The notes under the pieces are model-generated. The model saw nothing but the letters and a program-made list of their open reading frames with translations. It was not told where the DNA came from and did not search any database. The position numbers and the translations under genes are program-made. 64,000 bases of DNA from Marispirochaeta sp. GTDB taxonomy: Bacteria > Spirochaetota > Spirochaetia > JC444 > Marispirochaetaceae. This document shows, one piece after another, positions 38,666-49,127 of this stretch. The stretch's first letter is position 1, and each line of letters opens with the position of its first letter. The DNA is taken from assembly GCA_963676835.2 (NCBI GenBank), contig CAXXFF010000002.1, forward strand, positions 1,568,001-1,632,000. Direction: 5' to 3'.

Positions 38666-40312
38666 ATGAGACAATGGAATGAACAGGCAAACGAAGAACG
38701 GGCAGCCCTATTGTATGCCATGGGAATCACCGAAGAAGAGGCTCACCGGCCTATAATCGGTATTATCAACTCCTGGAATGAAATGAATCCGGGGCATTAT
38801 CATCTCCGCGAAGTAGTGGATATTATCAAGAAAGGGGTTGCAGCCAAAGGTGGTCTGCCTCTGGAGCTGACATCCGCCGGTCCCTGTGACGGAATGTGCA
38901 CCAATACCAGCGGTGACAGATACACCCTGCCTACCCGTGATCTGATAGCTGCGGAGGTTCAGACTCACGGCGATCTTAACAGGCTGGACGGTATGATTCT
39001 GCTTGCGAGCTGTGACAAGGTTGTTCCCGGGATGCTCCTGGGGGCGGTTATGGCGGATCTCCCCACCATCATGCTTACCGGCGGCTATATGCTTCCAGGA
39101 TATGTGGACGGTGAGATTGTCACCCTTGGTTCCGCAAAGAAGATCTACTCCCGCTATAAATCGGGAAACATGACAGAAGAAAAATACAAGGAAATACTGA
39201 GCAAATGCTGTCCCACCCCCGGGGCATGCCCCTTTATGGGCACAGCCAACACCATGTGCGCCATGGCGGAGGTCCTCGGGTTCAGTCCCCATGGAAATGC
39301 AAATGTCCGTGCCCAGAGTGAAGAGTGGCACAAGATGGCGGAAGAGTGCGGTGACAGGATTATGGATATCGTTATGGATGATATAAAGCCGTCAGATATC
39401 CTTTCTCAGGAATCTTTTTACAATACTATCCGATACTGTATGGCTACCGGAGGATCAAGCAACTCCATGCTGCATATTCCGGCGATTGCCAAAAAAGCGG
39501 GCTTCGAGCTGGCACCAGAGGATTTTGACCGCATCAGCCGGGAAGTCCCCCTGATAAGTACAATCTATCCCAACAACAAAAATATCAGCATGGTCGAGTT
39601 CGATAAGGCCGGCGGACTTCCGGCGGTGGTAAAAGAGCTGGCAGCGGCGGGCAAATTCGCAAAATCCTGCAAGGGAATCTTCGGTTCCATCGAAGAGAAG
39701 ATCGGTGTTGCGGAGAATGTGGATACAAGTGTAATACATCCTGTAAGTGATCCAATCGAAGAACAGGGAGGGCTTGCTGTACTGCATGGAAATGTGGGAA
39801 CCCTCAGTTCTATCGTCAAGTTTTCTGCGGTAGACAAAAAAGCCCTGACCTTCAGCGGTCCCGCGCGGATTTATGAATCCAACGAAGACGCATACTATGC
39901 CATGCTTAACGATGAAATAAAGAAAGGCGATGTGGTGGTTATCCGCTATGAAGGGCCTAAAGGCGCTCCGGGAATGCCCCACCTTTCATCTTTTATGGGG
40001 CTTGTTATCGGTAAAGATATGGGTTCCGATGTGGCCCTTATTACCGACGGCCGTTTCTCCGGCTCCACTTCCGGGCTGGCGGTGGGCCATGTCTCTCCAG
40101 AAGCGTATGAGGGTGGAAATATTGCGCTTATCCGGGAGGGAGATCTCATTGAGATCGATGTTCCCGGCCGAAAAATGGAATTGAAGGTAACGGATGAGGA
40201 GCTTGAAGAGCGCCGCAGGAGCTGGAAACCCGTTGAAAAACCCAGCTATGGCTGGCTGAAGATTTTTAAAGAAAAAGTGTCCAGTGCTCACTATGGTGCG
40301 ACAATCTACTAG
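38666..40312 (+). CDS. IlvD/EDD family dehydratase
   Basis: [55 protein letters not shown]. Confidence 0.93.
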   Translation: MRQWNEQANEERAALLYAMGITEEEAHRPIIGIINSWNEMNPGHYHLREVVDIIKKGVAAKGGLPLELTSAGPCDGMCTNTSGDRYTLPTRDLIAAEVQTHGDLNRLDGMILLASCDKVVPGMLLGAVMADLPTIMLTGGYMLPGYVDGEIVTLGSAKKIYSRYKSGNMTEEKYKEILSKCCPTPGACPFMGTANTMCAMAEVLGFSPHGNANVRAQSEEWHKMAEECGDRIMDIVMDDIKPSDILSQESFYNTIRYCMATGGSSNSMLHIPAIAKKAGFELAPEDFDRISREVPLISTIYPNNKNISMVEFDKAGGLPAVVKELAAAGKFAKSCKGIFGSIEEKIGVAENVDTSVIHPVSDPIEEQGGLAVLHGNVGTLSSIVKFSAVDKKALTFSGPARIYESNEDAYYAMLNDEIKKGDVVVIRYEGPKGAPGMPHLSSFMGLVIGKDMGSDVALITDGRFSGSTSGLAVGHVSPEAYEGGNIALIREGDLIEIDVPGRKMELKVTDEELEERRRSWKPVEKPSYGWLKIFKEKVSSAHYGATIY

Positions 40313-40462
40313 TATCATCTAACAGGTTTGCAGGGCGGGGACGGTTGCAGCGTGTTCGCCCCTGCAAATCCTGTTATTACTATTGATAAAATGTATGGCC
40401 CCCTCCTATACTTGTCACAGTCTTTTTTTGAACCCATGTCTCGAGGGGATATAGAATACTAA

Positions 40463-41128
40463 ATGAATAATAAGAAGCTGAATTTCGATGATATTGAAGT
40501 CAAATCCCTCACTGATATTGTCTACGAGAAAATCAAGGAAGCAATTCTTAATGGAAAACTTGCTCAGGGGTCCCGGATCAGCGAGCGTATCTTAACCGAA
40601 GAGCTGGGAGTCAGTTCATCTCCCATCAAGCGGGCACTGCAGATACTGCAGGTTGAGGGACTGGTGGAAATCCGGCCCCGGAGCGGTACCTATGTAACCA
40701 ACAGTTTTACCAACATGGACGAGAACATTGTTATCAGGGCATACCTTGAAGGGCTTGCGGCAAAGTTTGCTGCAGAGAAGGCCGGGGAAGCCGATATTGA
40801 AGGGCTGAAGGTCCAGCTTGATATTATGGAAGTTCTTACCCGGGCCAGGAATCATGAAAAGATTATAGAGGCAAACTCAGAGTTTCATCTGGCTGTGCAC
40901 CGGATTTCACAGAATCAGTATATTCAGCAGCTTATAGATGTTCTGCGGGGATTCAGTTCCCAGTTAAGAGTACGGGTGCTGTCAGATGATGATGAGCTTA
41001 CCCGGGGCTTGAATGAACATACCGCGGTTTTCAATGCGATCCGGGAGCATGATGGTCTGCTTGCGGAAGAAATCATGCGCAGCCATGTTCTGCACACCCT
41101 CGATTTCATGCAGAATGAACCTGCCTGA
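40463..41128 (+). CDS. GntR family regulator (FCD)
   Basis: SER.L..ELGVSSSPIKRAL..EGLV.IRPRSGT; N.EFH; EH. Confidence 0.92.
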   Translation: MNNKKLNFDDIEVKSLTDIVYEKIKEAILNGKLAQGSRISERILTEELGVSSSPIKRALQILQVEGLVEIRPRSGTYVTNSFTNMDENIVIRAYLEGLAAKFAAEKAGEADIEGLKVQLDIMEVLTRARNHEKIIEANSEFHLAVHRISQNQYIQQLIDVLRGFSSQLRVRVLSDDDELTRGLNEHTAVFNAIREHDGLLAEEIMRSHVLHTLDFMQNEPA

Positions 41129-41162
41129 AATTTGTACCCCTTTCTCTTAAGGATGAATTAGT

Positions 41163-41849
41163 TTGGGAATAGACCCTCTTCGTAAAGTGCCGGAAAATCC
41201 AAAATCCCTCACTCACCAGGTTTATGAGACAATCAAGGAACTGATCCTGAGTAAAACCGTGCTTCCCGGCCAGCGAATCAGCGAGCGGGCCCTGATGCGG
41301 GATCTGAGGGTAAGCTCAACCACGGTAAAACGGGCCCTGCAGCGGCTTCAACTCGAAGGAATCGTCGAGATCCGGCCCAGAAGCGGAACCTTTGTAAGTG
41401 ATTCCTTTCCCACCATGGAAGAGAATACCCGTATCCGGGCCCACCTGGAGGGGCTTGCTGCCCATTTTGCAGCGGAAAAAGCCACTGACAAGGATCTGGC
41501 AGGCCTGCGCAGGCAGTTGAGTCTGATGCGAAAGTGGACCGAGGCGGGGGATCTTGAGCAGATTATTCAGGCCAACGTCCGCTTTCATGAGCTGATCCGC
41601 AGTATTGCCGGAAACCCCTATGTGGGAATCCTTTCGGATGTACTGAAAAATTTTGACAGGGTACTCAGGGATCAGGCTCTTTCAGACAGCCGGGAGACCC
41701 TTCGCGGGCTCAAGGACCATAGCGGTGTCTTCGAAGCCCTTGAAAAAGGGGACGGGGAGCTGGCGGAATCCAGAATGCGCAGTCATATCCTGCGTACCCT
41801 GGATTTCGTTAAAACCGAAATCCTGCCCGGCCGGGCAGATCAGTCCTGA
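41163..41849 (+). CDS. GntR family regulator (FCD), tandem paralog
   Basis: Same motifs as the upstream gene; TTG start with AAGGA RBS. Confidence 0.88.
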   Translation: MGIDPLRKVPENPKSLTHQVYETIKELILSKTVLPGQRISERALMRDLRVSSTTVKRALQRLQLEGIVEIRPRSGTFVSDSFPTMEENTRIRAHLEGLAAHFAAEKATDKDLAGLRRQLSLMRKWTEAGDLEQIIQANVRFHELIRSIAGNPYVGILSDVLKNFDRVLRDQALSDSRETLRGLKDHSGVFEALEKGDGELAESRMRSHILRTLDFVKTEILPGRADQS

Positions 41850-42754
41850 TGCGGGTCAGAGAGTTGCTCTGAAAGCTGCTCGGAAATAAGACAGATATCG
41901 CCCATATCCGCTTTCACATGCCGTGATATTACCGGACATTTAACCCTGAGCAGAAAGAAAACCGGCAGGCCGGTGCCGGAGAGGGATTCGTAGTTTCCCT
42001 GGCCCTTGCTGATAATCAGATCGGCCCCGTTCAGCAAAGTCTGGAATTCCGGAGAGCAGAGTTCCGGTACTGCACCGGGGGCCGGAGATCCCGAAGAAAC
42101 AACGGGGCAGACAGATGTCATTCCCACCTGTTCTGCATCATCCATTGTTATATCATTGATAATGGGTCGTCCCCGAACAGCGTAGGTAAGCTCCTTTTCC
42201 GGAAATAAGGTAACCAGGGTTTCCGCCAGAACACGGTCAAAGACAATTTCTCCGGCGTTGTCGCCTATGTAGATAATTTTCTGAGCATTCTTCAAGGCCT
42301 GGCGGAATTTATCTATGGCAAACAGACGGCTCTCTTCCCGTTCGATGGCGGAGTCCTCCATGGCCAGAATCTTGCCGATCTCTTCCTTGAGGTTGATATG
42401 GGATGCCACTGCGTAGTCTATGATATTGCCCGAGATGGCTATCTCAATACCGGTTAAAAGCATATCCTTTGAGGCCGCCACCCGTTTCTTCAGCTCCGGA
42501 TAGATGCTCATGGCAGCATTGTTATTGGCCTGTTTCTCCTCTTTAAAAGGGTCCGGATTGCCGCTGATCTCTTCCACAGTGCGGTACACCGGCACGGCAT
42601 TCTTAGGCGGCGAGTCTGTCAGGGAAAGCTCAGGGAGAATTCCTGCAACCTTGTGCAGGATCTCAAGCTGGGTCTCTTCAGAGCAGCCTGCTGTGCGGGA
42701 TGCAGAAAGAGCCTGGTTGTAAAGGCAGGGGATGCAGTCTATGTATGTTCGCAC
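41840..42754 (-). CDS. DUF89/ARMT1-like damage-control phosphatase
   Basis: DCIPC, DPFKEEK, GNIIDY, DNAGEIVFD, PIIND, SKGQGNYESL. Confidence 0.9.
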   Translation of the reverse strand: MRTYIDCIPCLYNQALSASRTAGCSEETQLEILHKVAGILPELSLTDSPPKNAVPVYRTVEEISGNPDPFKEEKQANNNAAMSIYPELKKRVAASKDMLLTGIEIAISGNIIDYAVASHINLKEEIGKILAMEDSAIEREESRLFAIDKFRQALKNAQKIIYIGDNAGEIVFDRVLAETLVTLFPEKELTYAVRGRPIINDITMDDAEQVGMTSVCPVVSSGSPAPGAVPELCSPEFQTLLNGADLIISKGQGNYESLSGTGLPVFFLLRVKCPVISRHVKADMGDICLISEQLSEQLSDPHQD

Positions 42755-42760
42755 GGGGAA

Positions 42761-43144
42761 TCAGTCCTTTAAAATCTGCTTTTCGATCTTCCGGACCCGC
42801 TTTGTCATATCGTTTACCCTGAATTCCAGGGTATTGAGGATCCAGAACTGAAAATGGTTGAATTTCTGCTGAGAGTGAATCATCCAGACAATCTTTATGG
42901 AAACCAGAAGAACACTCACTTCCAGAGAGACGTAGGAAGGAAGAAAGTGAGTTGTTATCTCAAGGGTAAAAAGGACCAGTATAATTCCCAGAAAAACCAT
43001 ATTGATAATGTTGTCCCTGTGGGAATAGTCCTTGCCGCCGATTTTGCCCAGCATGGCGCGGATACGCTCTTTTTCCCTGTTATACTCTTCCAGTTCTGCC
43101 AGTAGTTCCTGTTCTCTGGCGACGAGATCTTCGTTGATGTTCAT
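42761..43144 (-). CDS. Conserved-looking hypothetical membrane protein (coiled coil, 2 TM)
   Basis: Clean ORF 6 nt upstream of DUF89; NHFQFWILNTLEFR. Confidence 0.7.
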   Translation of the reverse strand: MNINEDLVAREQELLAELEEYNREKERIRAMLGKIGGKDYSHRDNIINMVFLGIILVLFTLEITTHFLPSYVSLEVSVLLVSIKIVWMIHSQQKFNHFQFWILNTLEFRVNDMTKRVRKIEKQILKD

Positions 43145-43259
43145 GGGTGTAATATACTTGGCTCATTTTGCCCTGTCCAGACCAAAGGGTGCCAAAGCCT
43201 ATTTTCTCCCGGTGCGGAAAAATGTATACTGCATCCACTTAGCGATTCGGAGGATATCC

Positions 43260-44639
43260 ATGGCAAAACTCTGGCAGAAAGACTACTCCCTGGACTCACT
43301 GATTGAAGCGTTTACCGTAGGCAGGGACTATATGCTGGACATGGAACTTCTGCCTGCGGACTGTACCGCCAGCCTGGCCCACGCAACCATGCTTGCAACT
43401 GCAGGGCTCCTGTCCGACGGAGACCTCTCTTCCCTTTCCCGGGGAATCAGGTCGGTCCTCGATGAATTTGATGGGGGCACCTATAAAATAGAGCGCAGCG
43501 ATGAGGACGGCCATACGGCTCTGGAAAACCGTCTTTGTGAAATCTGCGGTGAGGCGGGGAAGAAGATTCATACCGGCCGCAGCCGGAACGACCAGGTTAT
43601 AACCGCCCTGCGTCTCTACTCCAGGGCCTTTGTTGCCGAGGCGGTTCTGGCCGGTATTGATGCGGTGGAGAGCCTGCTGAATCTGGCAAAAGAGCACCAG
43701 ATGACTCCCATGCCCGGCCGTACCCACATGCAGATTGCCATGCCCTCTTCGGTAGGCCTCTGGGCGGCTGCCTGGGCGGAGGAGCTGCTGGATGCCCTGG
43801 GCAACCTTCTTTCTCTGGACAGGATTCTGGACCAGTCTCCCCTGGGTTCGGCTGCCTCCTACGGCGTGCCCCTGCCGCTGGACCGGGAGCTTACGGCGGA
43901 GCTTATGGGATTCTCCGGGCTTCAGAACAATGTTCTTTATGTGAATAACTCCCGGGGAAAGATGGAGTCCTACCTGCTTGATGCCTGTGATCAGATCGGC
44001 CTTACCTTAAGCAAGCTGGCTCAGGATCTGATTATCTTCTCCATGCCCGAGTTCGGCTACTTTTCTCTGCCTAAAGAGCTCTGTTCCGGTTCCAGCATAA
44101 TGCCCCAGAAAAAGAATCCCGACGGACTTGAGCTGATGCGGGCTAAATCCGGGACTTTGTCTTCCTATGCAATGCAGGTGAAGTCGATTATCCGCTCTCT
44201 GCCTTCCGGTTATAACCGGGATTTTCAGGAGACCAAGGAACCCTTCATGCGGGGAGCCCGTCTGACAATACAGATGCTTCAGGTTGCCGCACTTACCATA
44301 AAAAAACTTCAGGTTCATCCCGAAGCGCTGAAGAAAGGTTTCGTTCCGGAGATTTTTGCCACCGATGTGGCCCTCGATATGGCGGCGGCGGGAAAAAGTT
44401 TCCGCGATGCCTACCGTGAGGTGGGGACAGCCCTTGAAAAGGTTGCCGGTGAAGATCCGGTGGAATCCCTTAAACGGAGAACCTCTACGGGGTCTCCGGG
44501 AAATCTTAACCTTAAGGTTCCGGCCACCAGGGCTGCGGAGATCGCATCCCATGCCAGAGGGATGAAAGCCCAGCTTGAGACTGCCGCATCGGAGCTTCTG
44601 GGAAGGGACGTGTCGCTTTTTCCGGACATCGTCAGCTGA
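43260..44639 (+). CDS. argH: Argininosuccinate lyase
   Basis: HTGRSRNDQ, MPGRTHMQ, GSSIMPQKKNPD, PSGYNRD; GGAGG RBS before ATG 43260. Confidence 0.95.
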   Translation: MAKLWQKDYSLDSLIEAFTVGRDYMLDMELLPADCTASLAHATMLATAGLLSDGDLSSLSRGIRSVLDEFDGGTYKIERSDEDGHTALENRLCEICGEAGKKIHTGRSRNDQVITALRLYSRAFVAEAVLAGIDAVESLLNLAKEHQMTPMPGRTHMQIAMPSSVGLWAAAWAEELLDALGNLLSLDRILDQSPLGSAASYGVPLPLDRELTAELMGFSGLQNNVLYVNNSRGKMESYLLDACDQIGLTLSKLAQDLIIFSMPEFGYFSLPKELCSGSSIMPQKKNPDGLELMRAKSGTLSSYAMQVKSIIRSLPSGYNRDFQETKEPFMRGARLTIQMLQVAALTIKKLQVHPEALKKGFVPEIFATDVALDMAAAGKSFRDAYREVGTALEKVAGEDPVESLKRRTSTGSPGNLNLKVPATRAAEIASHARGMKAQLETAASELLGRDVSLFPDIVS

Positions 44640-44662
44640 CCTTTCCTTCGGGTCTTTTTTTC

Positions 44663-45487
44663 CTATCCCCTTCTTTTCATCACTGTTCTTACCGTTCCTG
44701 CAATACCCAGGCCGATAAAGGTTATGAGGAAAGGAGAGGCAAGCAGCAGGGAGTCGGGGATTCCCTGGACACCCTGCAATATTGTTGAACCGGCACTGGC
44801 TGCGGCAAAGAGCAGAACTGTTCCAAGCATACCTACAGGGTGGGGGCCTGCGATATAAAGAGCCACCAGGGCAATCCAGCCGCGGCCGCCGGTCATGTTG
44901 GGAACGTAGGCAAGAATATCCAGAGACAGCAGTGCCCCTGCAAGGCCGGTGCCGGCGCCGGAAAGAATCAGGGTCTGAAACTGTATTGTTGAAGGAGAAT
45001 ATCCTAAATTGAGCAGTGTCGCCGGAGCTTCTCCTGCGGCGATAACACGGTGTCCCCAGGTTGTTCGTCTGAAGATCAGCATCATGGCGACAAAAAAGCT
45101 ACCCGCCAGAACAACCGGGACAGCTCCCGGCATGGGACTGATGGTTCCGAAGTTGAGTACTCCCTTGGTATTGAAAAGTTTCTGGGAAATAATGCCCAAA
45201 ATACCTGCTGCTGCAAGGTTCAGAGCCAGTCCGCTTAAGAAGACATTAGCTCTCAGCTTCAGGATTATCCATCCAAGAAATGCTCCAGCGGCTCCGCCGG
45301 CAATAAGTCCAGCAGCAAGGCCTGCGGTCCAGGATCCTGTCCAGGCGGCGGCAAGATAACCGAAGAATGCCCCTGCAGCCATCAGTCCTTCAAGCCCTAT
45401 ATTCAGAACTCCTCCCCTGAAGGGAAAATACCCGGCAATGCCTGCAATAAGCAGGGGTGGAATAATTTTAAGCAGAGAATCAAGCAT
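44663..45487 (-). CDS. rfuD: ABC permease (CUT2/BMP type), probable riboflavin uptake
   Basis: GVLNIGLEGLM, GRGWIAL; operon lies under an FMN-like riboswitch. Confidence 0.75.
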   Translation of the reverse strand: MLDSLLKIIPPLLIAGIAGYFPFRGGVLNIGLEGLMAAGAFFGYLAAAWTGSWTAGLAAGLIAGGAAGAFLGWIILKLRANVFLSGLALNLAAAGILGIISQKLFNTKGVLNFGTISPMPGAVPVVLAGSFFVAMMLIFRRTTWGHRVIAAGEAPATLLNLGYSPSTIQFQTLILSGAGTGLAGALLSLDILAYVPNMTGGRGWIALVALYIAGPHPVGMLGTVLLFAAASAGSTILQGVQGIPDSLLLASPFLITFIGLGIAGTVRTVMKRRG

Positions 45488-46472
45488 CTTTGTTATCCCC
45501 CGCGGTAATGACAATGAAAACAACCGCCTGAAGAAGGAGACTCATTTCCGATGAGACTCCCGAATCCATAACTGCTGTTGAAAATCCCTGGGTAAGCCAG
45601 GCGAAAAACAGTGCCGCCGGCAGTATAAGGCCGGGTTTGTATCTGGCAATCAGGGCAACTGCAATGCCGTTCCAGCCGAGCCCTGCGGTACCTCCCTGTA
45701 CAGCCGCACCGTAGGAGCCAAGGCTTACCAGAGCTCCTGCCAGACCGCAGAGGGCTCCTGATGCCGTTATGGCGGCAGTCCTGAAGGCTCCGGTGGGGAT
45801 TCCGGACAGGGCTGCAAAGCGGGAGTTTGCACCGGTGAGCTGCAGCTCGTAACCTTTCAGGGTATATCCCTTGAACAGCAGCCAGAGGAGCATTACCCCG
45901 ACGGCGATAAAAATGGCGCTCGTCAGATTGGATGGGGGAAGCAGCTTCTGAAGCCGGAATCCCTCAGCAATTTTGGGGCTGGTTAGAAGATAGCTCGCAG
46001 GATCCCTCAGCGGTACCGCCAGCAGATAGTCGATTACCGGTATGGCAGCCCCTGCAACCAGATAGGTTGAGATTAATTCGTCAGCGCCGATCTTCTCTCT
46101 GAGAAAGCCCGAAATCCATGCCATGGCCCCTCCGCCGGCAATACCCGCAAGTATTGCCAGGGGTATCCCTAAGGCAGGCGGAATGCCGGGTATCCACAGG
46201 AGGAGCATTACCGGCAGCAGGGAGCCCAGGTATGCCTGTCCCTCGCCGCCGAGATTAAAGGACCCCGCCGCCATGGCAACCGCAATGCCGGTGCCTGTTA
46301 TGGTAAGCAGGCTCATCTGGGCAAGCATGTTTCCCATGGAAAAGCTGCTTCCCCCGGGGCTTACCAGCAGGTCAAAAAGGGTTGTGAGGGGGTGGCTGCT
46401 CAGAAGCACTGCGGTGAGAATTACCCCGCTGATACCTGCTGCAAAGATGATAATTCTAAGAGGTCTGGTCAT
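45480..46472 (-). CDS. rfuC: ABC permease (CUT2/BMP type), probable riboflavin uptake
   Basis: FNLGGEGQ, GLGWNGIAVALIA; operon context. Confidence 0.75.
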   Translation of the reverse strand: MTRPLRIIIFAAGISGVILTAVLLSSHPLTTLFDLLVSPGGSSFSMGNMLAQMSLLTITGTGIAVAMAAGSFNLGGEGQAYLGSLLPVMLLLWIPGIPPALGIPLAILAGIAGGGAMAWISGFLREKIGADELISTYLVAGAAIPVIDYLLAVPLRDPASYLLTSPKIAEGFRLQKLLPPSNLTSAIFIAVGVMLLWLLFKGYTLKGYELQLTGANSRFAALSGIPTGAFRTAAITASGALCGLAGALVSLGSYGAAVQGGTAGLGWNGIAVALIARYKPGLILPAALFFAWLTQGFSTAVMDSGVSSEMSLLLQAVVFIVITAGDNKDA

Positions 46473-47949
46473 AACTTTTTTCCTTCTTGCCCATCTTCCC
46501 CTGCAGACCGAGTACAGCATCTCCGATCTTCTGATGATCAAACTCATCTTTAAGAAAAGATGCTTCAATTTTTCCCTGATGAAGCACCAGCAGGCGGTCG
46601 GCGATATCGAGCACCTCGTCAATATCGCTTGCAAGCAGCAGTATCCCATGGCCCTTCAGGCTCAGTGCCCGAATGTGACGGTATATTTCTGTACGGCTGC
46701 GCACATCGAGCCCCCAGCCCGGTTCACAGAGAACCAGGATTTTGCCGGGTGATTCAAGATCCCGGGCCAGAATCAGCCGCTGGAGCATCCCGCCGGAAAG
46801 TGCCGCTGCCGACGCTTCCGGCGAGGCTTTTATTTTGTAGTCTTCAAGCAGTTGTTTTGCGTACTTTTTCCGTTGTCCGGTAAAAAGAAACCCCCTGCGG
46901 GTCAGTTTTTTTCTCACCGCTGCAGCGCCATTGTCGGCAATGGAGAGGGAGAGGGCGGCACCGCTTCTCTGGCGGTCCGACGGGATGATAGCCACTCCGG
47001 AATCTCTCAAGCTTTCAGGACGGGACGGGAAGGGCTGACTGTCTGCCAGCATTATTGTTCCGGAAGAAAGGTTTGTCTGCAGGGTCAGTACCTGTTCAAG
47101 CTGGTCGAGTCCGTTTTCCCGAATGCCCGTAATAGCCAGTATTTCCCCTTCATAAAGTTCAAAGGAGATATCTTCAAGCCTTGTTCCCCGGGAAAGGGTT
47201 GCAGCACCCTGGAAGGTCAGGCAGGCGGTTCCTTTATTCCCTGCCTTCCCGCTTGTTGCAAGGCTTTCCGGTCCTTTGCCGCCCATTATGTTCCTCGAGA
47301 GCTCATCTATGCCGATCTCTTCCGGCATGCATTCCCGTACAACTTCTCCTTTTCTGAGCACCGTTAGCCGGTCGGCTTTACTGTATATTTCCTCTATCTT
47401 GTGAGAGACGAGAACAATCCCCATTCCCCTGTCGGCACGTGTTCTCAGATATCTGAAGAGCTTGTCTGTTTCGGCGGGAGTAAACGATGTAGTCGGCTCA
47501 TCCAGAAAAAGAAAGTCCGGATTTTTCAACAGCGCTCCCAGGAGAACTCCCAGGGTTATCTGATTTGCCGGAAGCTTGTATGCCGGAATATGGAGGGGAA
47601 TATCTATTCCCAGCTCGGTACAGAACCTTACTTTTTTATTCTCTATCTCTTTTCGCTCCCCCGGGGCCGCCAGGACAAGATAGTCATACAGGGTGAGAGA
47701 AGGGATAAGCTCGGGCAGTTGGGGCACCAGAGCGATGTTACTGCTGCCGTTTATCTCTCCACTGTCAGGTACAAGTATGCCGGCAAGGCAGCGGACCAGG
47801 GTTGTTTTTCCTGATCCGTTTTCTCCTATCAGTCCGTGAACCTCTCCTGAGCGCAGCCGGATAGCTGCACCCTTTAAAGCGGTAACTTCGCCGTGGTGAA
47901 AATATTTATATAAATTCTCCGCTTTCAGGATAGTCGGCGCTGCCTGCAT
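46456..47949 (-). CDS. rfuB: ABC ATP-binding protein, tandem NBDs
   Basis: GENGSGKT, LDEPT, LSGGMLQR; operon context. Confidence 0.75.
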   Translation of the reverse strand: MQAAPTILKAENLYKYFHHGEVTALKGAAIRLRSGEVHGLIGENGSGKTTLVRCLAGILVPDSGEINGSSNIALVPQLPELIPSLTLYDYLVLAAPGERKEIENKKVRFCTELGIDIPLHIPAYKLPANQITLGVLLGALLKNPDFLFLDEPTTSFTPAETDKLFRYLRTRADRGMGIVLVSHKIEEIYSKADRLTVLRKGEVVRECMPEEIGIDELSRNIMGGKGPESLATSGKAGNKGTACLTFQGAATLSRGTRLEDISFELYEGEILAITGIRENGLDQLEQVLTLQTNLSSGTIMLADSQPFPSRPESLRDSGVAIIPSDRQRSGAALSLSIADNGAAAVRKKLTRRGFLFTGQRKKYAKQLLEDYKIKASPEASAAALSGGMLQRLILARDLESPGKILVLCEPGWGLDVRSRTEIYRHIRALSLKGHGILLLASDIDEVLDIADRLLVLHQGKIEASFLKDEFDHQKIGDAVLGLQGKMGKKEKSYDQTS

Positions 47950-47960
47950 ATGCTTGTACG

Positions 47961-49049
47961 CTACTCCTGTATGTGTATGCGTCCGAATTTCAGCCCGTCG
48001 AGGTGTTCTTCCAGGGCACTGCGGATTTCAGAACTCAGAAATTGTCTGTATGCCGGATGATCCATGGCAAAATCGATATAACCCTCGGCTATCCCCGCCT
48101 GCTCGGCACTGCCGTAGGAGAGGGTCCCTTCTATGGCGGCTGTTGTCTTTTCTTCTGCGGCCCTGTCCAGGTATATCCGTGTTCCTCCCAGGACCACTCC
48201 CGGGCCTGCATCGTAGCCGGGGGAATCAAACCAGACAACACTTTTTCCGGCGTCTCTGGCGGCAGAAACTACTCCCTGGTTTGCACCGCCGGCAATGGCC
48301 AGTATTGATTCCGTTCCGGTACGGTACATATCTCGGGCAAGCTCTGCACCCTTGTTGGCGTCGTACCAGTTTCCCACTACCCGGAAATCAAGTTCCGCCT
48401 CTCCCGCAGCAGATTTTGCGCCTGTCAGGAATCCGGGGCGGATGGATTGTACCATGTCCGGGTACTCCTGGCCGGCTATGAGGCCCACTTTAACCGGAAG
48501 AGTCTGAGCTTCCATCGCCAGCAGTCCGGCAAAGTATCCTGCCAGGTATCCCTGTTCTTTCTGGTTAAAACGGAAGGTGTAGATTGACTGGTTTCCCTCC
48601 AGATTTCCGTCAAGGATAAGGAAGCGGGAAGCGGGGTAGGCTTTTGCGGCTTCACTGCAGATTTCGGGCATGGCCGGATTTGAGGTAATAATCAGATCGT
48701 ATTTGCCGGAAGATGCCAGAGAAGTGACTTTTGTAAGCCATTCTCCCTGGTTGTATCCTCCCTCAACAACTGCAGCCTTCACACCGGGATGTTTGGCCAC
48801 GGCTGCATTAACGCCGTTCACCATCATTTCATAGGTGGGGCTTCCGGCTACTACGCCGGGTACAAATACTGCGATGGAAGAAACCTCCGCCGCAGGGGGA
48901 GTTGGCGGGGGGCTCTTCTCCATCTCGGCTGTTTTTCGTCCACTGCAGGAGCTGACAACAGCCGCAGCTATCAGCAGAAAAGCTGCACCGGCGCTGATAC
49001 GCCTGAGTAATTTGGGGAAACTGACAAAAAAAAGAAAATTGGGGTTCAT
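47961..49049 (-). CDS. rfuA: BMP-family substrate-binding lipoprotein, probable riboflavin-binding
   Basis: Lipobox VSSC; VFVPGVVAGSPTYEM, GNWYDANKG, AGGANQG; GGAGG RBS before ATG 49049. Confidence 0.75.
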   Translation of the reverse strand: MNPNFLFFVSFPKLLRRISAGAAFLLIAAAVVSSCSGRKTAEMEKSPPPTPPAAEVSSIAVFVPGVVAGSPTYEMMVNGVNAAVAKHPGVKAAVVEGGYNQGEWLTKVTSLASSGKYDLIITSNPAMPEICSEAAKAYPASRFLILDGNLEGNQSIYTFRFNQKEQGYLAGYFAGLLAMEAQTLPVKVGLIAGQEYPDMVQSIRPGFLTGAKSAAGEAELDFRVVGNWYDANKGAELARDMYRTGTESILAIAGGANQGVVSAARDAGKSVVWFDSPGYDAGPGVVLGGTRIYLDRAAEEKTTAAIEGTLSYGSAEQAGIAEGYIDFAMDHPAYRQFLSSEIRSALEEHLDGLKFGRIHIQE

Positions 49050-49127
49050 AAACCTGCCTCCAAATACGGGGCAGATGAGAGAAAGTAGAGCGGGCCCCGG
49101 AAGGGTTCTCCCTCCGTGGCTGGTTCC

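Noticed and set aside
36222..40370. GC-rich hairpins after ldh2, the 2HCT gene and the dehydratase as a REP-like repeat family
   Set aside because: Their sequences are unrelated to each other; they are better explained as individual terminators or stabilisers
46456..47949. Degenerate signature in NBD1 and degenerate Walker A in NBD2
   Set aside because: Normal for tandem-NBD CUT2-type ATPases
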